Assembly: GCA_965238055.1 (NCBI GenBank)
Contig: OZ250178.1
Coordinates: 2,841,184 to 2,905,183, forward strand
DNA length: 64,000 nt
Source: Candidatus Foliamicus sp.
GTDB lineage: Bacteria; Pseudomonadota; Gammaproteobacteria; Steroidobacterales; Foliamicaceae
Direction: 5' to 3'
Position numbers and translations under genes: made by a program. The first letter of the stretch is position 1; each line of letters begins with the position of its first letter. Below the pieces are notes generated by a model. The model did not search any database and was not told the DNA's origin. It worked only from the letters and a program-made list of their open reading frames with translations. Shown in pieces: positions 37,798-46,526 of this stretch.

Positions 37798-38364
37798 ATG
37801 AACCTGGCCATACTTTTAACCTGGTTTCGCGTCGCGGCCATGCCCACCATCGTGGCCCTTTTTTACCTGCCATATTCCTGGGCGCACCCCGTTGCCGGCC
37901 TGGTCTTTGCCACCGCCGCGTTGACCGATTGGGCGGACGGCTGGGTAGCGAGGCGCTTCGACCAGGGATCGCGTTTCGGCGCCTTCCTGGACCCGGTAGC
38001 GGACAAGCTGCTGGTCATCGCCGCGCTGTTGCTTCTGGTACAGGCCAACCCGGGGATGGTGCTGGCGCTGGTTGCCATCGTGATAATCGGGCGGGAAGTG
38101 GCGGTGTCCGCGCTCCGCGAGTGGATGGCGGCGCTGGGCAAGCGTGGTCGCGTCAACGTCATACAACTGGCCAAGTACAAGTCGACCGGTCAGATGGTCG
38201 CTTTGTCCTGCATGCTGTATGAAGAACCGCTCGGGTTCCTCCCGGTCTACGAGATCGGCTACATCCTGTTGCTCCTGTCGGCAGCGCTAACTCTTCTGAC
38301 CGGCGGCCTGTACATGCTTCGCGCCCGATCGGCGGTCCGCAACCCGTTGGCGGGAGAGGGATGA
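37798..38364 (+). CDS. pgsA: CDP-diacylglycerol--glycerol-3-phosphate 3-phosphatidyltransferase
   Basis: CDP-alcohol phosphatidyltransferase motif DWADGWVARRFDQGSRFGAFLDPVADK. uvrC-pgsA synteny. Confidence 0.93.
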   Translation: MNLAILLTWFRVAAMPTIVALFYLPYSWAHPVAGLVFATAALTDWADGWVARRFDQGSRFGAFLDPVADKLLVIAALLLLVQANPGMVLALVAIVIIGREVAVSALREWMAALGKRGRVNVIQLAKYKSTGQMVALSCMLYEEPLGFLPVYEIGYILLLLSAALTLLTGGLYMLRARSAVRNPLAGEG

Positions 38365-39788
38365 TCGTGCCTGCATTTGCGGGTAATTCTTCGGCCAGAT
38401 TGGCAATGCCCTGCATCCTGATGGCGCTCGCTGTCGGCGCTTGCGACTCCCCGGACGATACTGTGCAATCCGGCATAGCGATCAGCAATGTGACCGTTGT
38501 TGATGCGGTTGGCGGCGAACGCTCCGGGCAGACCGTGCTCATTGAGGGCGACCGGATTGTTGCCGTCGGCCCTGCAGATTCGATTTCTTACAGTGCGGCC
38601 GAAACGATCGACGGCGCTGGCAAGTTCCTGATCCCCGGTCTGTGGGACATGCATGTTCACCTCACCTTTGATGACCGGTTTACGGCCATGATGCCGGCGA
38701 CGTTCATACGTTACGGCATCACCAGCGTGCGTGATACCGGTGGATTGATGGCGAAGATGGCGCCGGTAGTCGAGCGCATGCGTGCCCAAGGCGCGATTGC
38801 GCCGCGAGTGTTCTTCAGCGGGCCGTTACTCGATGGAGTACCGGTGGTATACGATGGAATCGATGCTCCCGAAATCGGCGTGCCAAATCCTACGGTTGAG
38901 ATTGCCCGGTCGCGTGTTGCGGATCTGAAGTCGCAGGGCGTGGACTTCATCAAGATCTACGAGATGGTTAGTCCCGAGGTTTTTTCGGCCTTCGTCGACG
39001 CTGCCCAGGAACATCGTTTGCCGATTGCAGCACATGTGCCCCTTTCGATGCGCGCATCTACTGCCGGTCCGCACGTGAACTCCATGGAACACCTGCGTAA
39101 TGTTGAATTGGACTGCGCGGGCAATGCGGAAGCACTGCATAAGACCCGGCTGCAAATCTTGTTGGAAGGCAAGGAGAGCTCGGGGATGAAACTGCGCACA
39201 GCCATGCACAGTCTGCAAAGATTGGACGCGGTAGCCGCGTTGGACGAAAAACGCTGCGCGGATGTTCTCGCGGAGCTGTCAGACACCATTCAGGTGCCGA
39301 CGGCACGCTTGAATGCGCTCTCGATGTTTCCGGTCTTCGAGCGGGATGACTGGGAGGAGGCGCTCGCTGAGATGCCGCCGGAGGTGCAAGAGGAATGGGG
39401 CGGTCCATCGCCGTGGGTCAATCGGGATCCAGCGCAGCGCGATCTAAGATTCGCACAGTACACGCTGGACATGATTGGACGCATGCATAGGGCCGGCGTT
39501 CCGATCGGCGCCGGAACCGACACACCGATAGCGCTCGCAATCCCCGGATACAGCCTTCACAACGAGCTGGAAATACTGGTCGCCGGGGGGCTTACCCCGC
39601 GTGAGGCACTGGGCTCCGCCACCGTGCAGCCCGCGAAGTTCTTCTCGCTGGAGGATGAGATGGGTTCAATTGCCCCGGGAATGCGGGCGGATCTCGTATT
39701 GCTCGATGCCAACCCCCTCACAGATATTCGAAATACGAGAAAAATAGACCGCGTGATCGCGCGTGGGCGCCTCATGCCGGTCAACTGA
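38361..39788 (+). CDS. amidohydrolase-family metallo-hydrolase (lipoprotein/secreted)
   Basis: Lipobox-like LAVGAC. NVTVVDAVGG...ILIEGDRIVAVG, then LIPGLWDMHVHL (HxH metal site); C-terminal ...GSIAPGMRADLVLLDANPL. ATGA overlap with pgsA. Confidence 0.85.
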   Translation: MIVPAFAGNSSARLAMPCILMALAVGACDSPDDTVQSGIAISNVTVVDAVGGERSGQTVLIEGDRIVAVGPADSISYSAAETIDGAGKFLIPGLWDMHVHLTFDDRFTAMMPATFIRYGITSVRDTGGLMAKMAPVVERMRAQGAIAPRVFFSGPLLDGVPVVYDGIDAPEIGVPNPTVEIARSRVADLKSQGVDFIKIYEMVSPEVFSAFVDAAQEHRLPIAAHVPLSMRASTAGPHVNSMEHLRNVELDCAGNAEALHKTRLQILLEGKESSGMKLRTAMHSLQRLDAVAALDEKRCADVLAELSDTIQVPTARLNALSMFPVFERDDWEEALAEMPPEVQEEWGGPSPWVNRDPAQRDLRFAQYTLDMIGRMHRAGVPIGAGTDTPIALAIPGYSLHNELEILVAGGLTPREALGSATVQPAKFFSLEDEMGSIAPGMRADLVLLDANPLTDIRNTRKIDRVIARGRLMPVN

Positions 39789-39828
39789 GCGGCTCGGCAG
39801 CATGCCGTTCTTTCCCGAAGGAGAAACA

Positions 39829-40464
39829 ATGAGAACATCGTGTCTGGTCGTGTGCGGACTGCTCTTTCTTGGAGAGGGTTCCGCCGAAACGCTTAAGTGG
39901 GATGCGTCGAGCTATTCGCAGGAAGTCACGCCATGCGATCTGGTGGCGACTCACGGCTCCGACCCCAATGCCGCGGCGCCGGGCGCGTCTGGAAGCGAGA
40001 TGGACTTTCCCAGGGCAATAGCGGCTTGCGAGGCTGCAGTTGCCGTAGATTCTGGAAACCCAAGGCTTCGTTACCAGCTCGCCCGGGTCTACACGTATGC
40101 CGGGGAGCCTGAGAAGGGCAAACCCCACATGGACGCCGCGGTCGCGGCGGAATACCCTCAGGCCTTGTTTGTAGAGGGCTATATGCAATATCTCGGCATC
40201 CAGAAAAGGTCCGGGGATTCCTGCAAGGCCGCGAAGTTGCTTCGGCGCTCGGCCCAATACGGGCGACTGGCTGCGCAAATCGGTTACGCCGGGTATGCAT
40301 TGGATGGCGGATTCGATGAATGTGGCGAGGCTGCGGAACCGGAGGAATTACGGAGTTTTCTTGCTTCAGCGGCGGGCGCTACGGACAACTACTACCGAAG
40401 CATGCTCATCGGCATGCTGCAAGAGGAAGTGGACGCGACGTGGCCCGTAACAAAAGGTAATTGA
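39829..40464 (+). CDS. hypothetical secreted protein, possibly Sel1/TPR-like repeats
   Basis: ATG at 39829 after GAAGGAGAA. Signal MRTSCLVVCGLLFLGEGSA. Weak Sel1-like periodicity (YQLARVYTYAGE..., QALFVEGYMQYLG..., AAQIGYAGYALDG). Confidence 0.45.
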   Translation: MRTSCLVVCGLLFLGEGSAETLKWDASSYSQEVTPCDLVATHGSDPNAAAPGASGSEMDFPRAIAACEAAVAVDSGNPRLRYQLARVYTYAGEPEKGKPHMDAAVAAEYPQALFVEGYMQYLGIQKRSGDSCKAAKLLRRSAQYGRLAAQIGYAGYALDGGFDECGEAAEPEELRSFLASAAGATDNYYRSMLIGMLQEEVDATWPVTKGN

Positions 40465-40475
40465 TGCCCCTTTCG

Positions 40476-40500
40476 GGCCAGGAAACAAGGTGTCCTGGCC
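40476..40500 (+). terminator. stem-loop GGCCAGGA-N9-TCCTGGCC after the preceding CDS
   Basis: Perfect 8-bp stem at 40476-40483 / 40493-40500, 12 nt after the stop codon. No clear T-tract, hence low confidence. Confidence 0.3.
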
Positions 40501-40553
40501 GCCGCTTCTATTGAATCGAAAGAGGCGTTACTGCTAGACTCATCGCCCTTAAG

Positions 40554-40628
40554 GCGGGAATAGCTCAGTGGTAGAGCACAACCTTGCCAAGGTTGGGGTC
40601 GCGGGTTCAAATCCCGTTTCCCGCTCCA
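40554..40628 (+). tRNA. tRNA-Gly (anticodon GCC)
   Basis: GCGGGAATAGCTCAGTGGTAGAGCACAACCTTGCCAAGGTTGGGGTCGCGGGTTCAAATCCCGTTTCCCGCTCCA. All four stems pair and CCA is encoded. Confidence 0.95.
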
Positions 40629-40677
40629 TTTTTTCAGCAAGATTCAGCGTCCTTCGGCGCGTCCTGCGGAAAAGCCG

Positions 40678-40751
40678 GGCCAGGTGGCAGAGTGGCGATG
40701 CAGCGGACTGCAAATCCGTGTACGCCGGTTCAATTCCGGCCCTGGCCTCCA
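40678..40751 (+). tRNA. tRNA-Cys (anticodon GCA)
   Basis: GGCCAGGTGGCAGAGTGGCGATGCAGCGGACTGCAAATCCGTGTACGCCGGTTCAATTCCGGCCCTGGCCTCCA. Acceptor GGCCAGG/CCTGGCC and CCA encoded. Confidence 0.95.
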
Positions 40752-40820
40752 GTTATCTATTTCTAGTGATTCAGCATAGTTACAATCGAATGTCCTTTCT
40801 CCTGTAGCTGGACAGAAGAC

Positions 40821-41393
40821 ATGGCAACAATAGCAACTCATTTCTCAAAGCTGGAAACTGTTGCGACGGAGTCGAGTGACCGCGCTGCGAGCATATTGTC
40901 CTTGCTCTATCAGGAGCATGTTGCAGTCTTTTGGACTGTGTCTGCTCCCTTTGTGCTTTCCGCCAAAATGCGGGAAGTTCGCCGGGGACTGGTTGAAGTT
41001 AATCAATTGATTGCGCCACTCGTTGTTGAAACGGATGAAGACCGTTCGTGGTATAGAGACAAAGCCAGGAAGTTCTCCGATCTTTCCAGAAAAATTGATG
41101 ATGTAAGAGAGAGATCTCCCGAAAGTGAGTTTTATTTTTTCTTTCGGCAGTGGGCTGATGATGCGGCCTGCCTGTCGGAAGATGTGGCGGAAACGCTTGC
41201 GTTAGCCGCGAGCCCAGAATTCACGAGGCTGCTTGAGGAAAACCTGGAAGCAGCAGATGCAACCCCGAAAGCTGGCCAAGACCTCGTCTCCTCCTTTTCT
41301 TTGATTTCTGCGGGCAGTCTATCTGATGGGCGCGGCGGCGTTTCGATGCTCCGCAACGCTGTGGGCGCCAACCGGCGGGGCTCAGATCAATAG
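40821..41393 (+). CDS. hypothetical protein
   Basis: 190-aa ORF in a more AT-rich stretch right after tRNA-Cys. No motif recognised. The 3' end overlaps the convergent CDGSH gene by 7 nt. Confidence 0.45.
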   Translation: MATIATHFSKLETVATESSDRAASILSLLYQEHVAVFWTVSAPFVLSAKMREVRRGLVEVNQLIAPLVVETDEDRSWYRDKARKFSDLSRKIDDVRERSPESEFYFFFRQWADDAACLSEDVAETLALAASPEFTRLLEENLEAADATPKAGQDLVSSFSLISAGSLSDGRGGVSMLRNAVGANRRGSDQ

Positions 41394-42457
41394 TTGATTG
41401 AGGGATTGTCGCCGGGAAAGATCACCCCGGCCACCAGCATTCCGTCCGTGCTGGTGCATTCCAGTGAGTGTCGCTGTTTGCGGGGAAGAAAAATTACGTC
41501 GCCCGGGCCAACCGGCGTCTTGACTTTTTCCGTCCATAGACACCCCTCGCCGGAGACCACAATCAGTGTTTCCTCGTAAAGGTGTCGGTGGGCAACCGCC
41601 TTCGATTGCGGGATCTCGCCGATGAATTGCGCGCCGTTCTCGAACCCCTGGCGCTTGTCGATCAGCACCTGGAAAAAACGGTCCGCCATGGGAGTGGCGC
41701 TGGCCTTGTCCATGCCGATGGTGCGGTCCGGATAGTCGCCATCGAAGTGGTCCGGTGCGGTGTCACGCCACTGAGGGCCGTCAGAATGCGGGAAAACGCT
41801 GGCATAGACGCCCAGCGACCGGTCAGGCGGGGCAGTCAGCGTAAACGCTTCTCCGGGGCGGACGAACGCGCCGGTGCAGGAATCGAGCGGAAACTCATGG
41901 GACCCGATGGTGAGTTCACCCGAGCCGTTGGGGACGAAAAGGAGTACCTGGCGGCCCGGAAACTCCATGGCCTGCGAATAGCCGGGCGCAAGCAACAGGT
42001 GAAATTGCGACTGGTACCGGGCGCCGTCCTCCGGGCTGATCAGCTTGCGGACCTCTACCGTTCCCGTGCCCTCCTCGGGCAGCTGCTCAAAGTGAGCGAC
42101 CTGGCAACCGCCATCCAGCACTACACGTCCCGGTGCAACTGCATCAGCATGCTCAATGGCCTGGTTCTCCGGACTCAAGGGGTCGTCGGTCTCGTATTTT
42201 TCGCGAAGGTTGTTGTGACTGCCGTCACAAAACGGCGCATCAGCGGTGTGCTTGCAGCCGCAGAATAGGACTTCCTCGCCGTCCGTCTGCGCCTGGTACG
42301 GTATCGGAACCAGGCCGGTTCCCTTGTGCGAGCCGTCGCAATACGGCTGGTTCTTCGAGCGCCCGCAGGCGCACCAGAAATACCGTTTGCCCTGCTCAAG
42401 CTCGGCGTAGTAGGGCTTGTACCTGGCGATCTTCACGCCCTCGTTAGTGCTGCTCAT
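41387..42457 (-). CDS. CDGSH-type iron-sulfur domain (x2) fused to a bicupin-like region
   Basis: ATG at 42457 gives MSSTNEGVKIARYKPYY..., with two C-x-C-x(n)-CDGSH motifs (FWCACGRSKNQPYCDGSHKG, LFCGCKHTADAPFCDGSHNN). The C-terminal ~270 aa has cupin-like strands (GDVIFLPRKQRHSLE). Confidence 0.8.
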   Translation of the reverse strand: MSSTNEGVKIARYKPYYAELEQGKRYFWCACGRSKNQPYCDGSHKGTGLVPIPYQAQTDGEEVLFCGCKHTADAPFCDGSHNNLREKYETDDPLSPENQAIEHADAVAPGRVVLDGGCQVAHFEQLPEEGTGTVEVRKLISPEDGARYQSQFHLLLAPGYSQAMEFPGRQVLLFVPNGSGELTIGSHEFPLDSCTGAFVRPGEAFTLTAPPDRSLGVYASVFPHSDGPQWRDTAPDHFDGDYPDRTIGMDKASATPMADRFFQVLIDKRQGFENGAQFIGEIPQSKAVAHRHLYEETLIVVSGEGCLWTEKVKTPVGPGDVIFLPRKQRHSLECTSTDGMLVAGVIFPGDNPSINY

Positions 42458-42595
42458 GTGAGGAATGTACTCAGGTAGTGATTGGTGCGACCCGAAGGAT
42501 GCCGGATTTCGACGCAATTCTAACGCTCGCGCTCTCTTGCTACAGACGGGCAGCACGCTTTGCGCCTTGCAGTGGATTGTGAGTATCCTTCCGCG

Positions 42596-44191
42596 ATGAC
42601 TATGAAAGCCACGGCAAGAATCAAGGTCCACCTGGCCTTTATCGCGTTCCTGGCGGTCGTTGCGCAGCCGGGCGTGACATTGGCAGAAAATTCCGAAGGG
42701 CCGCGGCCCAATATTGTGCTGATCGTTGCGGACAATCAGCCGGCACGCTTGCTGGGGGCCTACGGCAACCGGGATATCGCAACGCCCAACATCGACGAGC
42801 TGGCCCGTGACGGGGTGCTGTTCCGCAACGCCTTTGCCGCCAGCGGGGTTTGTTCGCCTTCACGCGCAAGCATGCTGACCGGCCTGATGCCTTCGCAAAC
42901 CGGGATTCACGTGGCCCTGCCGCCGCAGCCGGAAGTGCCGGACTGGTCGGCCATTGCCGAGTTTCGCAATTTGCCCCAGACACTGGCCGACGCCGGATAC
43001 GTGACCGGGCTGGTGGGCAAGTACCACCTGGGACGCCATGAACGCCCGCAACTGGGTTTTTCTACGTGGGTGACCTTTCCCTCGGGGCATACCACGACCT
43101 TCTACGATCAGGAAGTCATCGACAACGGCCGCAGTTACCGGGTCAGCGAACACCTGACGGATTTCTGGACCGGCAAGGCAATCGAGTTTATCGAGGCCCG
43201 CCAGGGCGAGGAGAAGCCCTTCTTTCTGTACCTGTCATACAACGGGCCTTACATGTTGCCGCCAACTGTCCTGCTGCCGCCTCGCAACCGGCACGCGGAG
43301 CGCTACCGGCAGAATCCGCCGGCCATGCCGCATGAACCTGTCCATCCGTACCTGGAAGCCTGGGCAAGAGGGCGCGGTCCAACGGCTGAGATGGTGGATG
43401 ACGGCACAACAGCCTGGCGGGCGATCAACGCGACCAACAATCCGGTGGCGATGATCAATACGGCGGCCGAGACTTCCATGGTGGATGATGGAGTAGGGCG
43501 CCTGGTTGCGGCGCTGGAAGAGCTGGGTCTTTCCGAAGACACACTGGTGATCTACACCTCGGACCAGGGCGCGCGCTACGGACACGGCGGAATGTGGGGC
43601 AACACGTCCTGGAGCTTTCCGTTTATCGTGCACGGGGTCAACATGGAAGTGCCATTGATGTTTTCCCAGCCCGGACGGCTCCCCGAAGGCGTTGTGCGTG
43701 ACGAATTCATCAACCAGTTCGATCTGTTTCCCACCTTGCTTGAGTACGTGGGTTTGGGGGACCTTGAGATTCAGGACTCACCCGGAAAAAGCTTCGCCCC
43801 GGTACTCGCGGGCGGTAGCCTCGACTGGGAGGACATGGCTTTCTTCGAGTTCGTTACGGTGCGGGTTGTGAGAACCAAGCGCTGGAAATACATGAAGCGC
43901 TTCGATACGGAGGAACCCCACACGCTCTTTGATCTGATCAATGATCCTCAGGAGAAACGCAATCTTGTGGACGATCCTGCACACTCCGAGATTGTTTCGG
44001 AACTCGACCGGCGCCTTACCGGGTTCTTTGCTCAATACGCTGCAGCCAAGTACGACTTGTGGACGGGCGGATCGGCCAAGGCCATCCTCCTGGACAAGCA
44101 TTACGGGCGTAACGACATCTTTCGCGATCGATTCCCCGGATGGCGAGAGCCTTTCGTCGAGCCGGTAAGGTCCGTGTTCAGGGATCGATGA
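42596..44191 (+). CDS. sulfatase (formylglycine-dependent arylsulfatase family), secreted
   Basis: ATG at 42596, signal peptide, NIVLIVADNQ, and the sulfatase signature CSPSRASMLTGLMPSQTG (C-x-P-x-R). Confidence 0.9.
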   Translation: MTMKATARIKVHLAFIAFLAVVAQPGVTLAENSEGPRPNIVLIVADNQPARLLGAYGNRDIATPNIDELARDGVLFRNAFAASGVCSPSRASMLTGLMPSQTGIHVALPPQPEVPDWSAIAEFRNLPQTLADAGYVTGLVGKYHLGRHERPQLGFSTWVTFPSGHTTTFYDQEVIDNGRSYRVSEHLTDFWTGKAIEFIEARQGEEKPFFLYLSYNGPYMLPPTVLLPPRNRHAERYRQNPPAMPHEPVHPYLEAWARGRGPTAEMVDDGTTAWRAINATNNPVAMINTAAETSMVDDGVGRLVAALEELGLSEDTLVIYTSDQGARYGHGGMWGNTSWSFPFIVHGVNMEVPLMFSQPGRLPEGVVRDEFINQFDLFPTLLEYVGLGDLEIQDSPGKSFAPVLAGGSLDWEDMAFFEFVTVRVVRTKRWKYMKRFDTEEPHTLFDLINDPQEKRNLVDDPAHSEIVSELDRRLTGFFAQYAAAKYDLWTGGSAKAILLDKHYGRNDIFRDRFPGWREPFVEPVRSVFRDR

Positions 44192-44264
44192 GCCGCGCTG
44201 TATTGCTTCCTCTTACGCAAGGATGCATGCTCCGCAACACAAGACACTACTTGACGACGCAAAT

Positions 44265-45437
44265 ATGAAATGGCCGGCTGACCGCATTACACAGAGCTCG
44301 GAAAAGAGCTTCGGCATGTACGAGGAAGCGCTGCCGCTGATGGCGCGGGGCATCGACGTGATCCACCTGGAGGTGGGCATGCCCAGCTTCGATACGCCGG
44401 TGCATATCAAGGAGGCATGCAAGGCCGCCCTTGATGCCGGTCTCGTGCACTACGGCGACTTCCTGGGTAACGAAGGGTTTCGCCAGGCGCTGGTGAAAAA
44501 GCTGGCGTCTCGGAACGGCATTCAGGCCGCGGCCGATGAGATTCTGGTGACCAGCGGTTTGACGCACGGCGCCTACATCACCTGCATGGCCGCGCTGGAT
44601 CCGGGCGATGAGGTGATGCTGTTGTCGCCGTATTACCCTCAGCACATAAACAAGATTGAGCTGGCCGGGGGTGTGGTCGTGACCGCCCCGCTGGATCGCA
44701 CGCGGGGCTTTGCGCTGGACGCCGACGCTATTCGGGAGCGTCTCAGTTCACGCACGCGCATGATCATCCTGGTAAACCCGGCTAATCCGACCGGTCGCGT
44801 TTACAGCCGCGAGGAACTTCAGGGGTTGGCCGATATCGCTATCGAGCACGATCTGCTGGTGATGTCGGACGAGGTCTATGAGCAGATCGTGTTCGACGAC
44901 GCCCGGCATATCAGCATTGCTTCGCTGCCGGGCATGTGGGAACGCACGATAACGCACTTCGCCTTCACCAAGGCATACGCCATGGACGGATGGCGCATGG
45001 GCTACGCCGCGGCGCCCAAGCGGTTCATCGACGCCATGCTGAAGATTTCCAAGAACGATATCGCCCACGTCAACGTGTTTATCCAGGAGGGCGGGCGCGC
45101 GGCGGTGTCGGGTCCGCAGGAAGCGGTTGCGGAGATGGTGCGCGAGGACTGCCGGCGGCGGGACCTGATCGTGGAGCGCCTGAACGCGATGGCGGGCGTG
45201 CGGTGTCCGGCGCCGGAAGGCAGCATTTACGCGTTTCCGGATATTTCGGAGACAGGCTGGGAGGCCGGCGCGCTGGCGCGAGAGCTGTTGAGCAAGACGA
45301 GCGTCTGTGTAGAGGAAGGAACCTTCTACGGAGCGGAAGGTGAAGGACATTTGCGGGTCTGCTTCGGCGCCGAACCATACGAGCGCCTGGAAGACGCCAT
45401 GGAGCGCCTGCACGCCTTCTTTGCCGCCGGCGCCTAG
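44265..45437 (+). CDS. pyridoxal-phosphate-dependent aminotransferase (class I/II)
   Basis: ...ILVNPANPTGRVYSREEL..., SDEVYEQIVFD, and FTKAYAMDGWRMGY (PLP Lys in a SxxK-like context). Start is ATG 44265 or 44223. Confidence 0.88.
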   Translation: MKWPADRITQSSEKSFGMYEEALPLMARGIDVIHLEVGMPSFDTPVHIKEACKAALDAGLVHYGDFLGNEGFRQALVKKLASRNGIQAAADEILVTSGLTHGAYITCMAALDPGDEVMLLSPYYPQHINKIELAGGVVVTAPLDRTRGFALDADAIRERLSSRTRMIILVNPANPTGRVYSREELQGLADIAIEHDLLVMSDEVYEQIVFDDARHISIASLPGMWERTITHFAFTKAYAMDGWRMGYAAAPKRFIDAMLKISKNDIAHVNVFIQEGGRAAVSGPQEAVAEMVREDCRRRDLIVERLNAMAGVRCPAPEGSIYAFPDISETGWEAGALARELLSKTSVCVEEGTFYGAEGEGHLRVCFGAEPYERLEDAMERLHAFFAAGA

Positions 45438-45539
45438 TGTGCTGTCCCGCAAATAACGTTGCTTGATCGTTCCGCTTTGGCGAGGATGGAATTTGCACAG
45501 CCCATTTGCTCGCTGGATGCCGATCAGTCAACAAAGTCC

Positions 45540-45587
45540 TATTCGGCTCACAAATAGTGATTTACTAGCCTGATAATGAGCCGAATA
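45540..45587. promoter_or_regulatory. 11-bp perfect inverted repeat with embedded GATAATGA (Fur-box-like half) about 200 bp upstream of the ChuX-like gene
   Basis: TATTCGGCTCA (45540-45550) ... TGAGCCGAATA (45577-45587), in an AT-rich spacer. TGATAATGAG lies at 45571-45580. Confidence 0.25.
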
Positions 45588-45787
45588 TACCTATGCTCGT
45601 TACTGCACGGCGAAAACTTATGCCAGTTATTTGCGGGTCATCACACTAGGGCCTGCACGCTCGCGCGGTTCATTTCCGAAACCGCCCCCGCCTCGGGCTC
45701 GCTGTTCGCCGGTACTCCCGCCGAAGATACAATCGATCCTCGGACCGGCCGGCCGATCGGTCGCGTCCGGATAAGGAGAATAAGCTC

Positions 45788-46426
45788 ATGAGAACAAGCA
45801 ATGGTTTCCTTTCCATTACGCTCGCCCTCGCCGGGGTGATGGTCTCGGGCGCAGTTCAGGCGGCGGATATCTGCGCCACGGAGCAAGAAAGAGAGCAGGT
45901 GCGCGTCTTTTTTGACGAGAACCCCGGCGCCTTGCCGTTCACTGCCGCAAGACGTTTGGGAATACGTGAGGCCAAGGTCGTCGCCGCGCTTTCGGCAGAG
46001 CAGGCGGTTTCCGCACCGGGCAGCGCGTTTGCGGAGGTGTGGGCGCCACTGTCCAAAGTTTCACAGGCCACCTTCCTGATCACCAAGGGGAACAATGTAT
46101 TTGAGGTGTTGAGCGGGGTTTCGCCGGGTGCGCCGTCCACGCGAAGCAAGTACTTCAACATCGAGTACACAAAGCCGCTCCGGGGCCACTTGCGGCCCGA
46201 CGAGTATGCGGCGATCTATGCCATAGACCTTGAGACCGGCGATGGCGAAGGCCGGGTGCAAGGCGTCTTGTTCTACGACGGCGAGGGCGAGCTCGTATTC
46301 GGCGTGTTCGTGTCCGGCGAAGCGCTGGCGGTCACGGCAGAGAACAAGGCGCACTTTGCCTCGGTCAAGGCTCTGATAGCCGCCAAGCCGTCCGTATGTG
46401 AGGCGCCGGAGGGGGATGGGGCGTAG
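45788..46426 (+). CDS. ChuX/HutX-like putative heme-binding protein with signal peptide
   Basis: AAGGAGA RBS. Signal ...LALAGVMVSGAVQA. Pattern ...VWAPLSKVSQATFLITKGNNVFEV...YFNIEY..PLRGHLRPDEYAAIYAI... resembles the ChuX family from memory. Confidence 0.55.
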   Translation: MRTSNGFLSITLALAGVMVSGAVQAADICATEQEREQVRVFFDENPGALPFTAARRLGIREAKVVAALSAEQAVSAPGSAFAEVWAPLSKVSQATFLITKGNNVFEVLSGVSPGAPSTRSKYFNIEYTKPLRGHLRPDEYAAIYAIDLETGDGEGRVQGVLFYDGEGELVFGVFVSGEALAVTAENKAHFASVKALIAAKPSVCEAPEGDGA

Positions 46427-46444
46427 TTAGAGACACCCCGGCGT

Positions 46445-46520
46445 GGGCGGGGACGCCTGGTTTCTAGCGTCGAGGGCGGGACGCCCTCGTTCCCAGGGGG
46501 GCGCCTTCTTTCCCAGGGGG
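46445..46520. repeat. REP-like repeat (reverse-orientation unit GTCGAGGGCGGGACGCCCTCGTTCCCAG plus degenerate half units)
   Basis: 46469-46496 is the reverse complement of the unit at 12429, apart from flanking bases. Lies between convergent genes. Confidence 0.8.
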
Positions 46521-46526
46521 GGGGGA

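Noticed and set aside
40392-40841. ORFs overlapping tRNA-Gly and tRNA-Cys (82, 79, 60 and 65 aa)
   Set aside because: They run through two canonical tRNA genes and are spurious.
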